From contig JBGAGM010000002.1 in NCBI GenBank assembly GCA_044226725.1, positions 115,819 through 179,818 on the forward strand: a stretch of DNA of 64,000 nucleotides, given 5' to 3'. The translations under genes were made by a program, and so were the position numbers. The notes below the pieces were generated by a model. It saw only the letters and a list, made by a program, of their open reading frames with translations, was not told the DNA's origin and searched no databases. Origin of the DNA: Ferruginibacter sp. (lineage in GTDB: Bacteria; Bacteroidota; Bacteroidia; Chitinophagales; Chitinophagaceae). Shown piece after piece: positions 48,131 to 56,296 of the stretch (its first letter is position 1; every line of letters begins with the position of its first letter).

Positions 48131-48303
48131 CAGCGTTCCCTGTTTTTTTGTAATCCTGCTTTTATTTTTTCAATACATTCTTTGACGATCCGGTTTTTCA
48201 TTTCCGACAGTTTATGATCAAGCAGCCTGTTGTCCGTTCCGGCCGGCTCATTACTTTCATTCACCGTTACCTTAATGATCAACTCCCGAATTTCCAGTGG
48301 CAT
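48130..48303 (-). CDS. 57-aa eCIS small protein, DUF5908-like (Afp6 position); below the ORF-track cutoff
   Basis: Own translation: MPLEIRELIIKVTVNESNEPAGTDNRLLDHKLSEMKNRIVKECIEKIKAGLQKNRER. The ATG lies 3 nt after the tube-2 stop, and the stop overlaps the LysM gene ATG by 1 nt (TGATG). An MPxEIRELxIK start is what I recall for this eCIS family. Confidence 0.65.
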   Translation of the reverse strand: MPLEIRELIIKVTVNESNEPAGTDNRLLDHKLSEMKNRIVKECIEKIKAGLQKNRER

Positions 48304-48306
48304 AAT

Positions 48307-48771
48307 TTATACATTGGTTTTCTGATCGGTTCTTTCATAATAATCATAGGCCAGCTCCAGTGTTTCAATAGCATATTTGTTTTCAGTGGAATTAAGGTCT
48401 GATACCTTTACTGAAACCGGATAAGCATTGTGGAATGCCCAGTTTACGAGCGGATCGCCCTTTGCGTTCATCAGCATCACATTCACCATTTTGGGTTCAA
48501 ACGTAAAGTTCTGTATCGCTTTATTGATCCATGTCATAAAAGGAGACCCCAGCAGGAGCCCCCTTTTAAGGACGAGGTTTGAATATTGAACGGCCTTCGG
48601 TAATTTCCTGGAAAACTGGTTTTCGCCACCTTCCTGGATCGTCTCTGTCTCAATCTTAACATCAAGCCCGCTTACATTTTCAAAGCCTGCTTCATACATT
48701 CCATTTACTCCTTCTACAATCACCTTAAAATAAAATACAACAGGTGGATCATTTCTTTGATTGTCAGCCAT
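48307..48771 (-). CDS. Tail tube protein 2 (Afp5-like, T4 gp19 family)
   Basis: PVVFYFKVIVEG...FENVSGLDVKIETETIQEGGENQFSRKLPKAVQYSNLVLKRG is the conserved phage-tail-region tube signature. Confidence 0.85.
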   Translation of the reverse strand: MADNQRNDPPVVFYFKVIVEGVNGMYEAGFENVSGLDVKIETETIQEGGENQFSRKLPKAVQYSNLVLKRGLLLGSPFMTWINKAIQNFTFEPKMVNVMLMNAKGDPLVNWAFHNAYPVSVKVSDLNSTENKYAIETLELAYDYYERTDQKTNV

Positions 48772-48822
48772 TGAAAAATAGGTGCTATGCTTAAGATTAT
48801 ACCATTAAATTACCGGACCTGC

Positions 48823-49275
48823 TTATGCCAGCGCCAATCCCTCATGTGCCAGTTCCATCGTTTCCACTGCTGGCTCATTGGCATCCGATTTCATATCGGT
48901 AACGGTTATCTTGCACGGAAATGCATTTGCCAGTGTCCATGACATAGCAACACCGTTTTTCTCATCCAGCAATGATATGGTTATTGTTTTGCGCTCAAAA
49001 GTATTCATCACTACCTGCTTGTAGAGGTCCCAAAAGCCCTTATCATCCTTGAAGATTCCTTTCTTCAGTGTAACATTTCCGAACTTTTTGATGCCCGGCA
49101 TTTTTACGGTTGAATATTCCTTGCTGTTGCCCTGGCGATATTCGATCTGCTGTATCTCGGCACTTAACCCGGTTACCTCCTGAAAAAATGCTTCCTTATC
49201 GCCTATTTTAACAGAGAATTGAAATTTTACCAACGGCCATGTTGATTTCGATTGCTCTTTACCTGTTTCTGCCAT
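48823..49275 (-). CDS. Tail tube protein 1 (Afp1-like, T4 gp19 family)
   Basis: WPLVKFQFSVKIGDKEAFFQEVTGLSAEIQQIEYRQGNSKEYSTVKMPGIKKFGNVTLKKG is the tube signature. Confidence 0.9.
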   Translation of the reverse strand: MAETGKEQSKSTWPLVKFQFSVKIGDKEAFFQEVTGLSAEIQQIEYRQGNSKEYSTVKMPGIKKFGNVTLKKGIFKDDKGFWDLYKQVVMNTFERKTITISLLDEKNGVAMSWTLANAFPCKITVTDMKSDANEPAVETMELAHEGLALA

Positions 49276-49327
49276 AAAATAATATTTAAAGGTTTTTGAT
49301 TAATAAAAATGAGTGAACTGATTTCTG

Positions 49328-50884
49328 TTAAGATTGCTGTTGTTGCTGCTGGAATGTTAACACAATGAATTCAGCAGGACGTACCAGTGCAAGCTTCACC
49401 GTTACCAGCAGGTATCCATCCAGGATGTCTGTTGGCGTCATGGTGGCGCCCAGACCCACCTGAACATCGAAAGCCTGTTCGGGAACGGCACCGGCCAGTG
49501 CGCCCTGTTTCCATAAATTGTTGAGGAAATTATTCATCATACTTTTCATGGTAACCCAGGTTGCAGAATCATTTGGTTCAAACACATATGCACGGCAGGC
49601 CAGTTTCAGTGATTGTTCTATCATGATCATGGTTCTGCGAACATTGATGTAGCGCCAGTCCTGGCTGTTTCCATCAAGTGTTCGGGCACCCCAAACCAAA
49701 CTTCCCAAACCGGGGAACGGACGTATAGCATTGATCGATTTGCCGGTGATAGCATCGATATTCATCTTTTGCTGTTCTTCGCCCGAAATATTTACAGCCG
49801 GTGAATTAACCATGGAAAGAGAAACGTTGGCTGGTGATTTCCATACACCCCTGGTACTGTCCACAAGTGAATAAATACCAGCCATAGCCGCACTTGGAGG
49901 CAACAGATTCAGCTTATTCCTTACCTCTGCCATTATTTGTGTGTAGGTAATGCTTGAAGCGATCAATGACTGGTGCAGGGTTGTAATTTCCCTGTCAATC
50001 CTCTTTTGCACTTCTGCTGCAGTTTCAGCTTTTGCCGGTGGCGATGCTGGCGGAGAAGCGGCCTTGTTCTTGGCCTCATTCCATTTGTCAATCACTTCAG
50101 CAACTTCCGGCTCTGGTAAGATTGCTTTCAGTTCATCAACCGAAACATCGAGGTTAGTAAAATTAATCTCAGACGCCATCACAATGGATGTATTTAACCA
50201 GGGATAATAAGCGGCCCCGTAATTCAGCGCCTCTGATCCAACACCATCACGGAATTTTAAAAAAGTGTCTTCCATTGTTGAATCTGCGGCATCCGGTATC
50301 ACATCAAAAATTCCAAAACGGCTTTGTGTTTCGTGACAATGCCTTAAAACCTTTACGTACAGGTTGTAACAATCGTCCCTTTTAGTAACAAAATCAGGGA
50401 TCACAACCATAGTAGGTTCAAATGTCTTTTTAAGCCTTTCAAAGACTGTGTCAGGAAGATCCGATATATCTACAGCAGTTTTTTTATCTTCTCCTTCTCC
50501 ATAAGTACCAATCGACAATATATAACAATTGCTTCCGCCATTCTGGTAAAAGAGCCGGATACAGTTGTAGAAATAAAACATTTCGGCAGGCTTTACAACC
50601 ATATCTGCATTGAATTTCGTGATAGCGGCAGGAGGAGAAGACGGTGGCGAGCCGGCAACATTTGTCAAACCAAATTTATGTTGATATCCATGTCCAAACC
50701 ATTGAACATATTCTGCAAATGAGCTGATCCGCACAGGTTCGCCAACTAGCGAAATGCCTTTTCGTTCAGCTTTTTCGGTATAGCCAATAAAAACCGGCAC
50801 AGCTGTTTCAACTGCAACTGCTGAACCGGGGAAGGCGTTTTTTTCTTCAATATAAACGCCGGGTGTCATGTAGGTAGATGCCAT
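49328..50884 (-). CDS. Contractile tail sheath protein (Afp2/3/4-like)
   Basis: The N-terminus TYMTPGVYIEEKN and the C-terminal sheath domain (INAIRPFPGLGSLVWGARTL...WRYINVRR) are present; 518 aa. Confidence 0.9.
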   Translation of the reverse strand: MASTYMTPGVYIEEKNAFPGSAVAVETAVPVFIGYTEKAERKGISLVGEPVRISSFAEYVQWFGHGYQHKFGLTNVAGSPPSSPPAAITKFNADMVVKPAEMFYFYNCIRLFYQNGGSNCYILSIGTYGEGEDKKTAVDISDLPDTVFERLKKTFEPTMVVIPDFVTKRDDCYNLYVKVLRHCHETQSRFGIFDVIPDAADSTMEDTFLKFRDGVGSEALNYGAAYYPWLNTSIVMASEINFTNLDVSVDELKAILPEPEVAEVIDKWNEAKNKAASPPASPPAKAETAAEVQKRIDREITTLHQSLIASSITYTQIMAEVRNKLNLLPPSAAMAGIYSLVDSTRGVWKSPANVSLSMVNSPAVNISGEEQQKMNIDAITGKSINAIRPFPGLGSLVWGARTLDGNSQDWRYINVRRTMIMIEQSLKLACRAYVFEPNDSATWVTMKSMMNNFLNNLWKQGALAGAVPEQAFDVQVGLGATMTPTDILDGYLLVTVKLALVRPAEFIVLTFQQQQQQS

Positions 50885-50967
50885 AATGTGAGGTTTATTT
50901 GGTTAAATAAATAATTTGTAAAAAGATGATCACATCTTTAAAGGAAGCAGTATTCAGTATTCTCTGA

Positions 50968-51072
50968 TTATCCCGTGAAAAGCTTGATAGGATCAGCTGA
51001 AATATGTGGTAAACTGACAGGCGTCAATTTCAGCTCCGTGCATACACGGGCTGGCATGAATAGATTGAACAT
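50968..51072 (-). other. 34-codon mini-ORF 1, copying the sheath leader and N-terminus (functional peptide or decayed duplication)
   Basis: Own translation: MFNLFMPARVCTELKLTPVSLPHISADPIKLFTG. It is preceded by TTAACC-N9-AACCTCAC-N3-ATG, the same leader pattern as the sheath gene (which has TTTAACC). Confidence 0.35.
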
Positions 51073-51147
51073 ACGGTGAGGTTATTAAAGGTTAATACTT
51101 AAGATACTCCTGAGGTGAAAGGATCTTAGGACATTTGAATACCGAAC

Positions 51148-51252
51148 CTAACCTGTAAGTGTAATTACTTGCCAGGAATAATTTCCTTTGCAGCAATAAA
51201 TGCATTTTTTCTCTTCAACGGGGACGTTGAAGCTTGTGAAGTTACTTGACAT
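51148..51252 (-). other. 34-codon mini-ORF 2, copying the sheath leader and N-terminus
   Basis: Own translation: MSSNFTSFNVPVEEKKCIYCCKGNYSWQVITLTG, to compare with the sheath MASTYMTPGVYIEEKNAFPGSAVAVETAVPVFIG. The same leader motif is present. Confidence 0.35.
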
Positions 51253-51339
51253 GATGTGAGGTTTTGTCAGGTTAAATAAAAAGAATTCCGGAAGGATATT
51301 AAATTGAAAGAGAAGATAAATATAATACTATAATCCGCA

Positions 51340-52350
51340 TTATAAAATTATTGTTGAAATTTTTTTTTCCTCGTTATGCTCATCTGTTCCAATTCTTCCT
51401 GATATTAAATTAACATCAGCATCCGGAAGGATCATGGGCGGATTCAGTTCTCTAAAGCTGCTGTTCTGTACGTCAAAATCGCTTACCAGCCTGAAGTTGC
51501 GCATAGGTTTGTTTGAAAGCGGGATACTTTTTTTTGACACTATTGACAGGGCAGTCATCCCCCCGGGAAGGCCAACAGGCACAGGCTCTTCAAATACAGG
51601 CTGGTTGGTATTGTCAACAATTGCGGGATTTTTCAGGCTTTGAAAATGCGGGCTTCTGAGAATATATTGCCGGTAAGTTGACAGCGCATCGAACTGCAAA
51701 ATAATTTTTTGATTAAAATCGTAAGCCGGATCAGGATTGAGCCTGATCGAAATCTGCCCGAAAGGTTTAGAAAAATAAGAATCCAATAAAGTTATATTAC
51801 CCTGGTATTGTTTTTTCCTGAATACATCTTCATTCAGGGCCTTTGCAAACATTTTGTCAAAGATGACGCTATTGGAGATATCGGCTCCTTCGGCAATCAT
51901 TTTTCTGGTAACATATTCCTTCATTTGTGCCCAAAGCCTGATGTCATTCATATCTGCCCCACTAATAAGCTCATCCTGTTGCAATTTTCCGCCTGGCCTG
52001 TACAAGGCATCAACAGAGTTATAATTCCAGAAATGAAACACCAGGTTACTTATGACAGGGGGAATGCCGGCAGTGTAGTTATAGAAATTGCTGTCCAAAA
52101 GATCAATACGAAATTTAAGCATCGCCTTTGTCTGCAGTAATGCTTCCCTGTTTTTTTGCCAGCTTCCCGGATCTGTTTCGTAAGCCACCAGGAAACCGGT
52201 TCCGTATGGTTTGAACAGCATCTGGCTATCAAGCATGATCTTTTGTGTTTCTGCTGCGGGGCTCACTTTAAGCCCGGCAAACAAACCATCGCCACTGAAG
52301 TACCTGTGACGGAATTCGACCCTGAATAGTTCTTCGTAATGAAAATTCAT
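51340..52350 (-). CDS. 336-aa eCIS-associated protein of unknown function
   Basis: It lies between the cap gene and the sheath region, 32 nt from the cap gene stop. No motif was recognised. Confidence 0.4.
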   Translation of the reverse strand: MNFHYEELFRVEFRHRYFSGDGLFAGLKVSPAAETQKIMLDSQMLFKPYGTGFLVAYETDPGSWQKNREALLQTKAMLKFRIDLLDSNFYNYTAGIPPVISNLVFHFWNYNSVDALYRPGGKLQQDELISGADMNDIRLWAQMKEYVTRKMIAEGADISNSVIFDKMFAKALNEDVFRKKQYQGNITLLDSYFSKPFGQISIRLNPDPAYDFNQKIILQFDALSTYRQYILRSPHFQSLKNPAIVDNTNQPVFEEPVPVGLPGGMTALSIVSKKSIPLSNKPMRNFRLVSDFDVQNSSFRELNPPMILPDADVNLISGRIGTDEHNEEKKISTIIL

Positions 52351-52382
52351 TGTGCGGTTTGTATTTGTTAATTACGTTAGAA

Positions 52383-52955
52383 TTAAGGGTTCCTCTCATT
52401 AGCAGATGTAATGGCAGGCCTGTATTCCTTCAGCTGATTGCTGCTGAAGGAAAGCATCCGCAACTTGTACAATACCGAGGGCATATATTTTGCCCCAAGC
52501 GTAGCCCAAAGGTTATTCAACTTTTCTGTACTAAGGCTTACCATTTCCAAAGACATTTTTTCAATATTGCTGTCGAGGGTTGGGGAATTAGCTGTTGTGA
52601 ATACATTTTTTTCCTGCAAAAAAGAAATTACCAGCGCAAGGAATTTAAGCGCCTCGTCATAATTCGAATTTGCAAAATAGGCAGAAAAAAGAACGTAAAG
52701 ATTAATGCTAACCGGGTTGTTCATATTTTCTGTGGTGCGGTTGTTTCCCGGGTTATAACTTTTGGAAACCGGCTCTTCTTCGATATTTACCAGTGTAACC
52801 ACTATTGTATTCTCCTCCTTGATAGCCACCTGCCCGGCCTGGTCAACAATGCCGGATAATAACACTTTTGATTTCAGGTCATTGCCAAACATATGCTGGC
52901 TTTTAAGGAATTCATTAAGCTCCGACACCAAACATTTCAAGGCTTCATTTATCAT
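52383..52955 (-). CDS. Tail terminator/cap protein, DUF4255 (Pvc16/Afp16 N-terminal domain-like)
   Basis: MINEALKCLVSELNEFLK..., VVTLVNIEEE, INLYVLFSAYF and LWATLGAKYMPSVLYKLRML match my recollection of DUF4255 conserved blocks. Confidence 0.7.
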   Translation of the reverse strand: MINEALKCLVSELNEFLKSQHMFGNDLKSKVLLSGIVDQAGQVAIKEENTIVVTLVNIEEEPVSKSYNPGNNRTTENMNNPVSINLYVLFSAYFANSNYDEALKFLALVISFLQEKNVFTTANSPTLDSNIEKMSLEMVSLSTEKLNNLWATLGAKYMPSVLYKLRMLSFSSNQLKEYRPAITSANERNP

Positions 52956-53137
52956 GGCATTGCTATTTATAGTGAAAGATCAAACGCTGCAAAACGTCAG
53001 ATACAATACTGATTAATGCAAACCAAAGTACAAAAAATAGTGTATTAAAATAAATAATACATTTTCAAAAAAAAATTATACTTTAGATTTCCTTGTAAAA
53101 CCAACACCACTAAATTTCTTTAACCAGCCTCACTATC

Positions 53138-55597
53138 ATGAAAAGTAAAACAAATCGTTTTGCAGTTCGGACTATTACTCTATTGGCTATTGCCTGCTTT
53201 TCTTTATCGGGGTTTACCCAAAAAGAAAAACTTCACTTCAGCCTGAAACTTAGCAGCAGCCTGAACTCCAGTACTTATATCAATGATAGCGCTCCGCCCC
53301 GTTTGGGTTATAAGAACACCGACACCCTTCCTTTTAGTTATAAGAAATTAAAAACAAACGATACCACTGCCAGCTTGTTGAAACGACTGGGTAATGTGTT
53401 TAAATTTAAAAAATTTGCACGGTTCAATGAAAAGAACAGGATCATTGATTTGCTAAACCAGCTTAACATTGGAGACTCCATCGTGGCCACACAGCAAAAT
53501 GTGGCATTCCTGAATAAGTACCTTACTGATACTGTAAATCAAAATATTGACTCTCTCTATTCACTCATTTATTTTCTTCAAAAAAGCGGGCAGGACCTTT
53601 ACAATGATATAAGTGACCTGGAATCAGAACAGGGAGACTTAAAGAAACGAATGGCTATCATTGATAAATATAATGAGGATTATCAGAAAATTGGTTTGGA
53701 TAAGTATGCAAGCAGGCTAGTATCTGATAAGGAATTGAACATCCTTGCCAGTAAGATTTTCCCTATCATATCTGTTTCAACGGATATTAAAAAAGCTGCT
53801 GAAAAAATTGCAAAGCTCACTTTGCTGAAAAACATAAGAGATTCTGCAGGCATTGTGCGTGAAATGACAGATGCTGCTACTGGCGAAAAGAAATATTTCC
53901 GCATTCGTGCAAAGAACAAGATCGAAGTTTATGGTTTTTATAATTACTTAAGCAAAGGCTCTTTTCAATCCGGCAATCTTAACTATCTCAATTCTCTCAT
54001 TTATTCCAACCTTTATATCAATAGTAAAACCGGTGATATAAAAGATCTGAATGGCTGGGATACCTCGTCCATAGTAACTATGGCTCAAAATGCCGGTTGC
54101 TCAGTGGCGGTTAGTTTTGCCATTGAAAATCCAAACAATGTCCAGGATTTTCTGAACAATAATAATGCACAGGTAAACTTTATTAAATCTGCTGTTTACC
54201 TTATGAAATTCAGGAATGCTAATATGATAAACATTGCATTCTACAATTTTCAACCTGAGTACGAAGTAAAGTTCACTGGTTTCATAAAAAACCTTAATAC
54301 CGCTTTAAAGCAGGACAATGCTGATTATTCACTACTTGTTACCATTCCCGCCCTTACTGCCGGTAATTATTACCCGCTTGCTCAATTGGGTGTTATTGCC
54401 GACAGGATCATTGTTGATTTCAGCCAGTATTATCATACAACTTATCTTCAGCCTGCTTACCCGCTTATGGGGCTGCCTGCGATGGAAGAGACAATCGCTT
54501 TTTTCATCAAATCAAAAGTGCTTCCTGAAAAATTGGTTGTATGTGTTCCCTATCATGGCGCCAAGTGGAGCACAGATCCATTCAACCCCGACAAGTTTAT
54601 TGAGTACATAAGCTATGCTACCTTACGTAAAAATTATCGTCTTTTTCCTGGCTATATCAATTACCTGGATGAAACCCTTGTCACTTCCGTCATGGATTCT
54701 GTTGGTTTTAAAAAAGATACTTTGAGAAGGATATATTATGATGACGAATCTTCCCTTGGTTTTAAGTATGATTTTATCTTGAAAAATGGCTTTAAAGGAG
54801 TTGCTGTAAATGCACTGGGTGAAGACAATGGTTATTCGGGGCTTTGGGATGAAATGAGTTATGCATTTGCAACCCCAGACACAGTTTTACTGAATGGCCT
54901 TGTAAAGAAGGCGCTTGTGAAGGAAAAGGGGCTCGGCTTTTTTCAAAAGCTATACAGGCAACTGACCCTATACAATTACATTTTACAAAACCCCTGTGAA
55001 ATATGCTTTGAAAATATTAAAGACTCTGCTCAAAATGAATTGATACAGCAATATCTCCTGGACCTTGATATTTATGCAAAAATGAAAGCTGCAAACTCTG
55101 AGCGGCTAAAAGAAGGCGCCTCTCCTTACAGAAGCCAGTTTCAATACGTAAATGAACAATTGACCCGTACTATTTTTATCATAACTGCTATACTTGTATT
55201 ATTGTTGCTTGCCCTTGGTATCTTTTATTTTCTAAAAACAAAATCACTTGGGGATAACTGGAATGGAAGGAAACTTATTGCCAGGTTGCTCCTGGCAGAT
55301 TCAATCCTGATTGTCCTCTTTTTGTTCACTTATTTATTCTGCAGTGACAATATCCTGTTTTTTGAATCAGCAGCTTCTGATAAATCAGGATATTCAAAAG
55401 ATTACAGTACAGACAACAGCGCCCCCGGCATCTTAAGTTCCAGCACCTTTGATTATTGTGTAAAAGATCCTGCTTCGGATTGTATCAATATGCCGCTACA
55501 AACTTTACTGGGTATTATGATACTGGGGTTGATCATAGGCGGCATTTTAACAAGATATCTTTTATTACCTATGCTCAAGCGATACGAGAAACCCTGA
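53138..55597 (+). CDS. Membrane protein with a GH18-like (chitinase-fold) domain lacking the catalytic DxxDxDxE motif, plus three C-terminal TM helices
   Basis: Signal/anchor, then a coiled-coil-like region. GH18-like blocks VYGFYNY, CSVAVSFA and GFKGVAVNALGEDN are present. ANMINIAFYNF replaces the DGxDxDWE catalytic strand. The C-terminal hydrophobic helices are IFIITAILVLLLLALGIFYFL, SILIVLFLFTYLF and LLGIMILGLIIGGIL. Confidence 0.5.
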   Translation: MKSKTNRFAVRTITLLAIACFSLSGFTQKEKLHFSLKLSSSLNSSTYINDSAPPRLGYKNTDTLPFSYKKLKTNDTTASLLKRLGNVFKFKKFARFNEKNRIIDLLNQLNIGDSIVATQQNVAFLNKYLTDTVNQNIDSLYSLIYFLQKSGQDLYNDISDLESEQGDLKKRMAIIDKYNEDYQKIGLDKYASRLVSDKELNILASKIFPIISVSTDIKKAAEKIAKLTLLKNIRDSAGIVREMTDAATGEKKYFRIRAKNKIEVYGFYNYLSKGSFQSGNLNYLNSLIYSNLYINSKTGDIKDLNGWDTSSIVTMAQNAGCSVAVSFAIENPNNVQDFLNNNNAQVNFIKSAVYLMKFRNANMINIAFYNFQPEYEVKFTGFIKNLNTALKQDNADYSLLVTIPALTAGNYYPLAQLGVIADRIIVDFSQYYHTTYLQPAYPLMGLPAMEETIAFFIKSKVLPEKLVVCVPYHGAKWSTDPFNPDKFIEYISYATLRKNYRLFPGYINYLDETLVTSVMDSVGFKKDTLRRIYYDDESSLGFKYDFILKNGFKGVAVNALGEDNGYSGLWDEMSYAFATPDTVLLNGLVKKALVKEKGLGFFQKLYRQLTLYNYILQNPCEICFENIKDSAQNELIQQYLLDLDIYAKMKAANSERLKEGASPYRSQFQYVNEQLTRTIFIITAILVLLLLALGIFYFLKTKSLGDNWNGRKLIARLLLADSILIVLFLFTYLFCSDNILFFESAASDKSGYSKDYSTDNSAPGILSSSTFDYCVKDPASDCINMPLQTLLGIMILGLIIGGILTRYLLLPMLKRYEKP

Positions 55598-55610
55598 CAG
55601 AATAAAATAA

Positions 55611-56219
55611 ATGTGTATGGAGCTTTTAGACAAAGCCAATATATTTCGTTTTCATAATCAACTGATCAATGCTTATGGTATCGGTACGGTGGATGCACTG
55701 GGATGGAATGATATCGGCGGGCAGCTTGCACGATTTAAAGTATTGTCCGGCATTGGTGATCTTACTGATCGCTCTGTATTAGACGCCGGATGTGGCTATG
55801 GCGATCTCTACGACTATCTGCAGGCTGCCTATCCCCGTCTTCGTTATTATGGTGTTGAGCAGATGCCCGTGATACTGAACGAGGCGCTAAGCAGGTACAG
55901 TCATAGACCGGGCACTTATTTTTTTGAAGGAGACTTTTCCGCTGCTGACCTGCCCATGGTTGATTATGTGATAGCGTGCGGATCGCTGAACTATCACAAC
56001 AGCGATAACCTGTTTGTTTTAAAGACCATTGAAAAACTATTCAATACAAGCCGCATCGGTTTTGGTTTCAATTTATTAAAAACGATCGACCCGCCAGAAG
56101 GTTTCCTGGAAGCATATGACCCGGCTTACATCATGGCTTTTTGCAGTAAATTAACAACACATATTAGGTTTATTGAGGACTATTATCAAGCAGACTATAC
56201 GATATTCATGTACCATTAA
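55611..56219 (+). CDS. Class I SAM-dependent methyltransferase
   Basis: Motif I is VLDAGCGYGDL, and the size is about 200 aa. It lies 13 nt downstream of the GH18-like gene. Confidence 0.7.
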   Translation: MCMELLDKANIFRFHNQLINAYGIGTVDALGWNDIGGQLARFKVLSGIGDLTDRSVLDAGCGYGDLYDYLQAAYPRLRYYGVEQMPVILNEALSRYSHRPGTYFFEGDFSAADLPMVDYVIACGSLNYHNSDNLFVLKTIEKLFNTSRIGFGFNLLKTIDPPEGFLEAYDPAYIMAFCSKLTTHIRFIEDYYQADYTIFMYH

Positions 56220-56231
56220 ATGCATTAAAAA

Positions 56232-56259
56232 AGGGTAATTCATTGTGTTGAATTACCCT
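56232..56259. terminator. Bidirectional hairpin terminator between the convergent methyltransferase and DUF4157 genes
   Basis: 11-bp stem agggtaattca/tgaattaccct with a 6-nt loop, flanked by an A-run and a T-run. Confidence 0.75.
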
Positions 56260-56296
56260 TTCACATAACTTGGTTGGTCTATTAAAAACCGGACGT

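Noticed and set aside
31726-52955. Possibility that the contractile-tail genes are a prophage or a Bacteroidota T6SS-iii
   Set aside because: The window has no capsid, portal, terminase, integrase or lysis genes. The sheath is a single 518-aa phage-type protein rather than a TssB/TssC pair. The DUF4255 cap, the LysM hub, the gp19-family tubes and the flanking DUF4157 proteins together are the eCIS signature.
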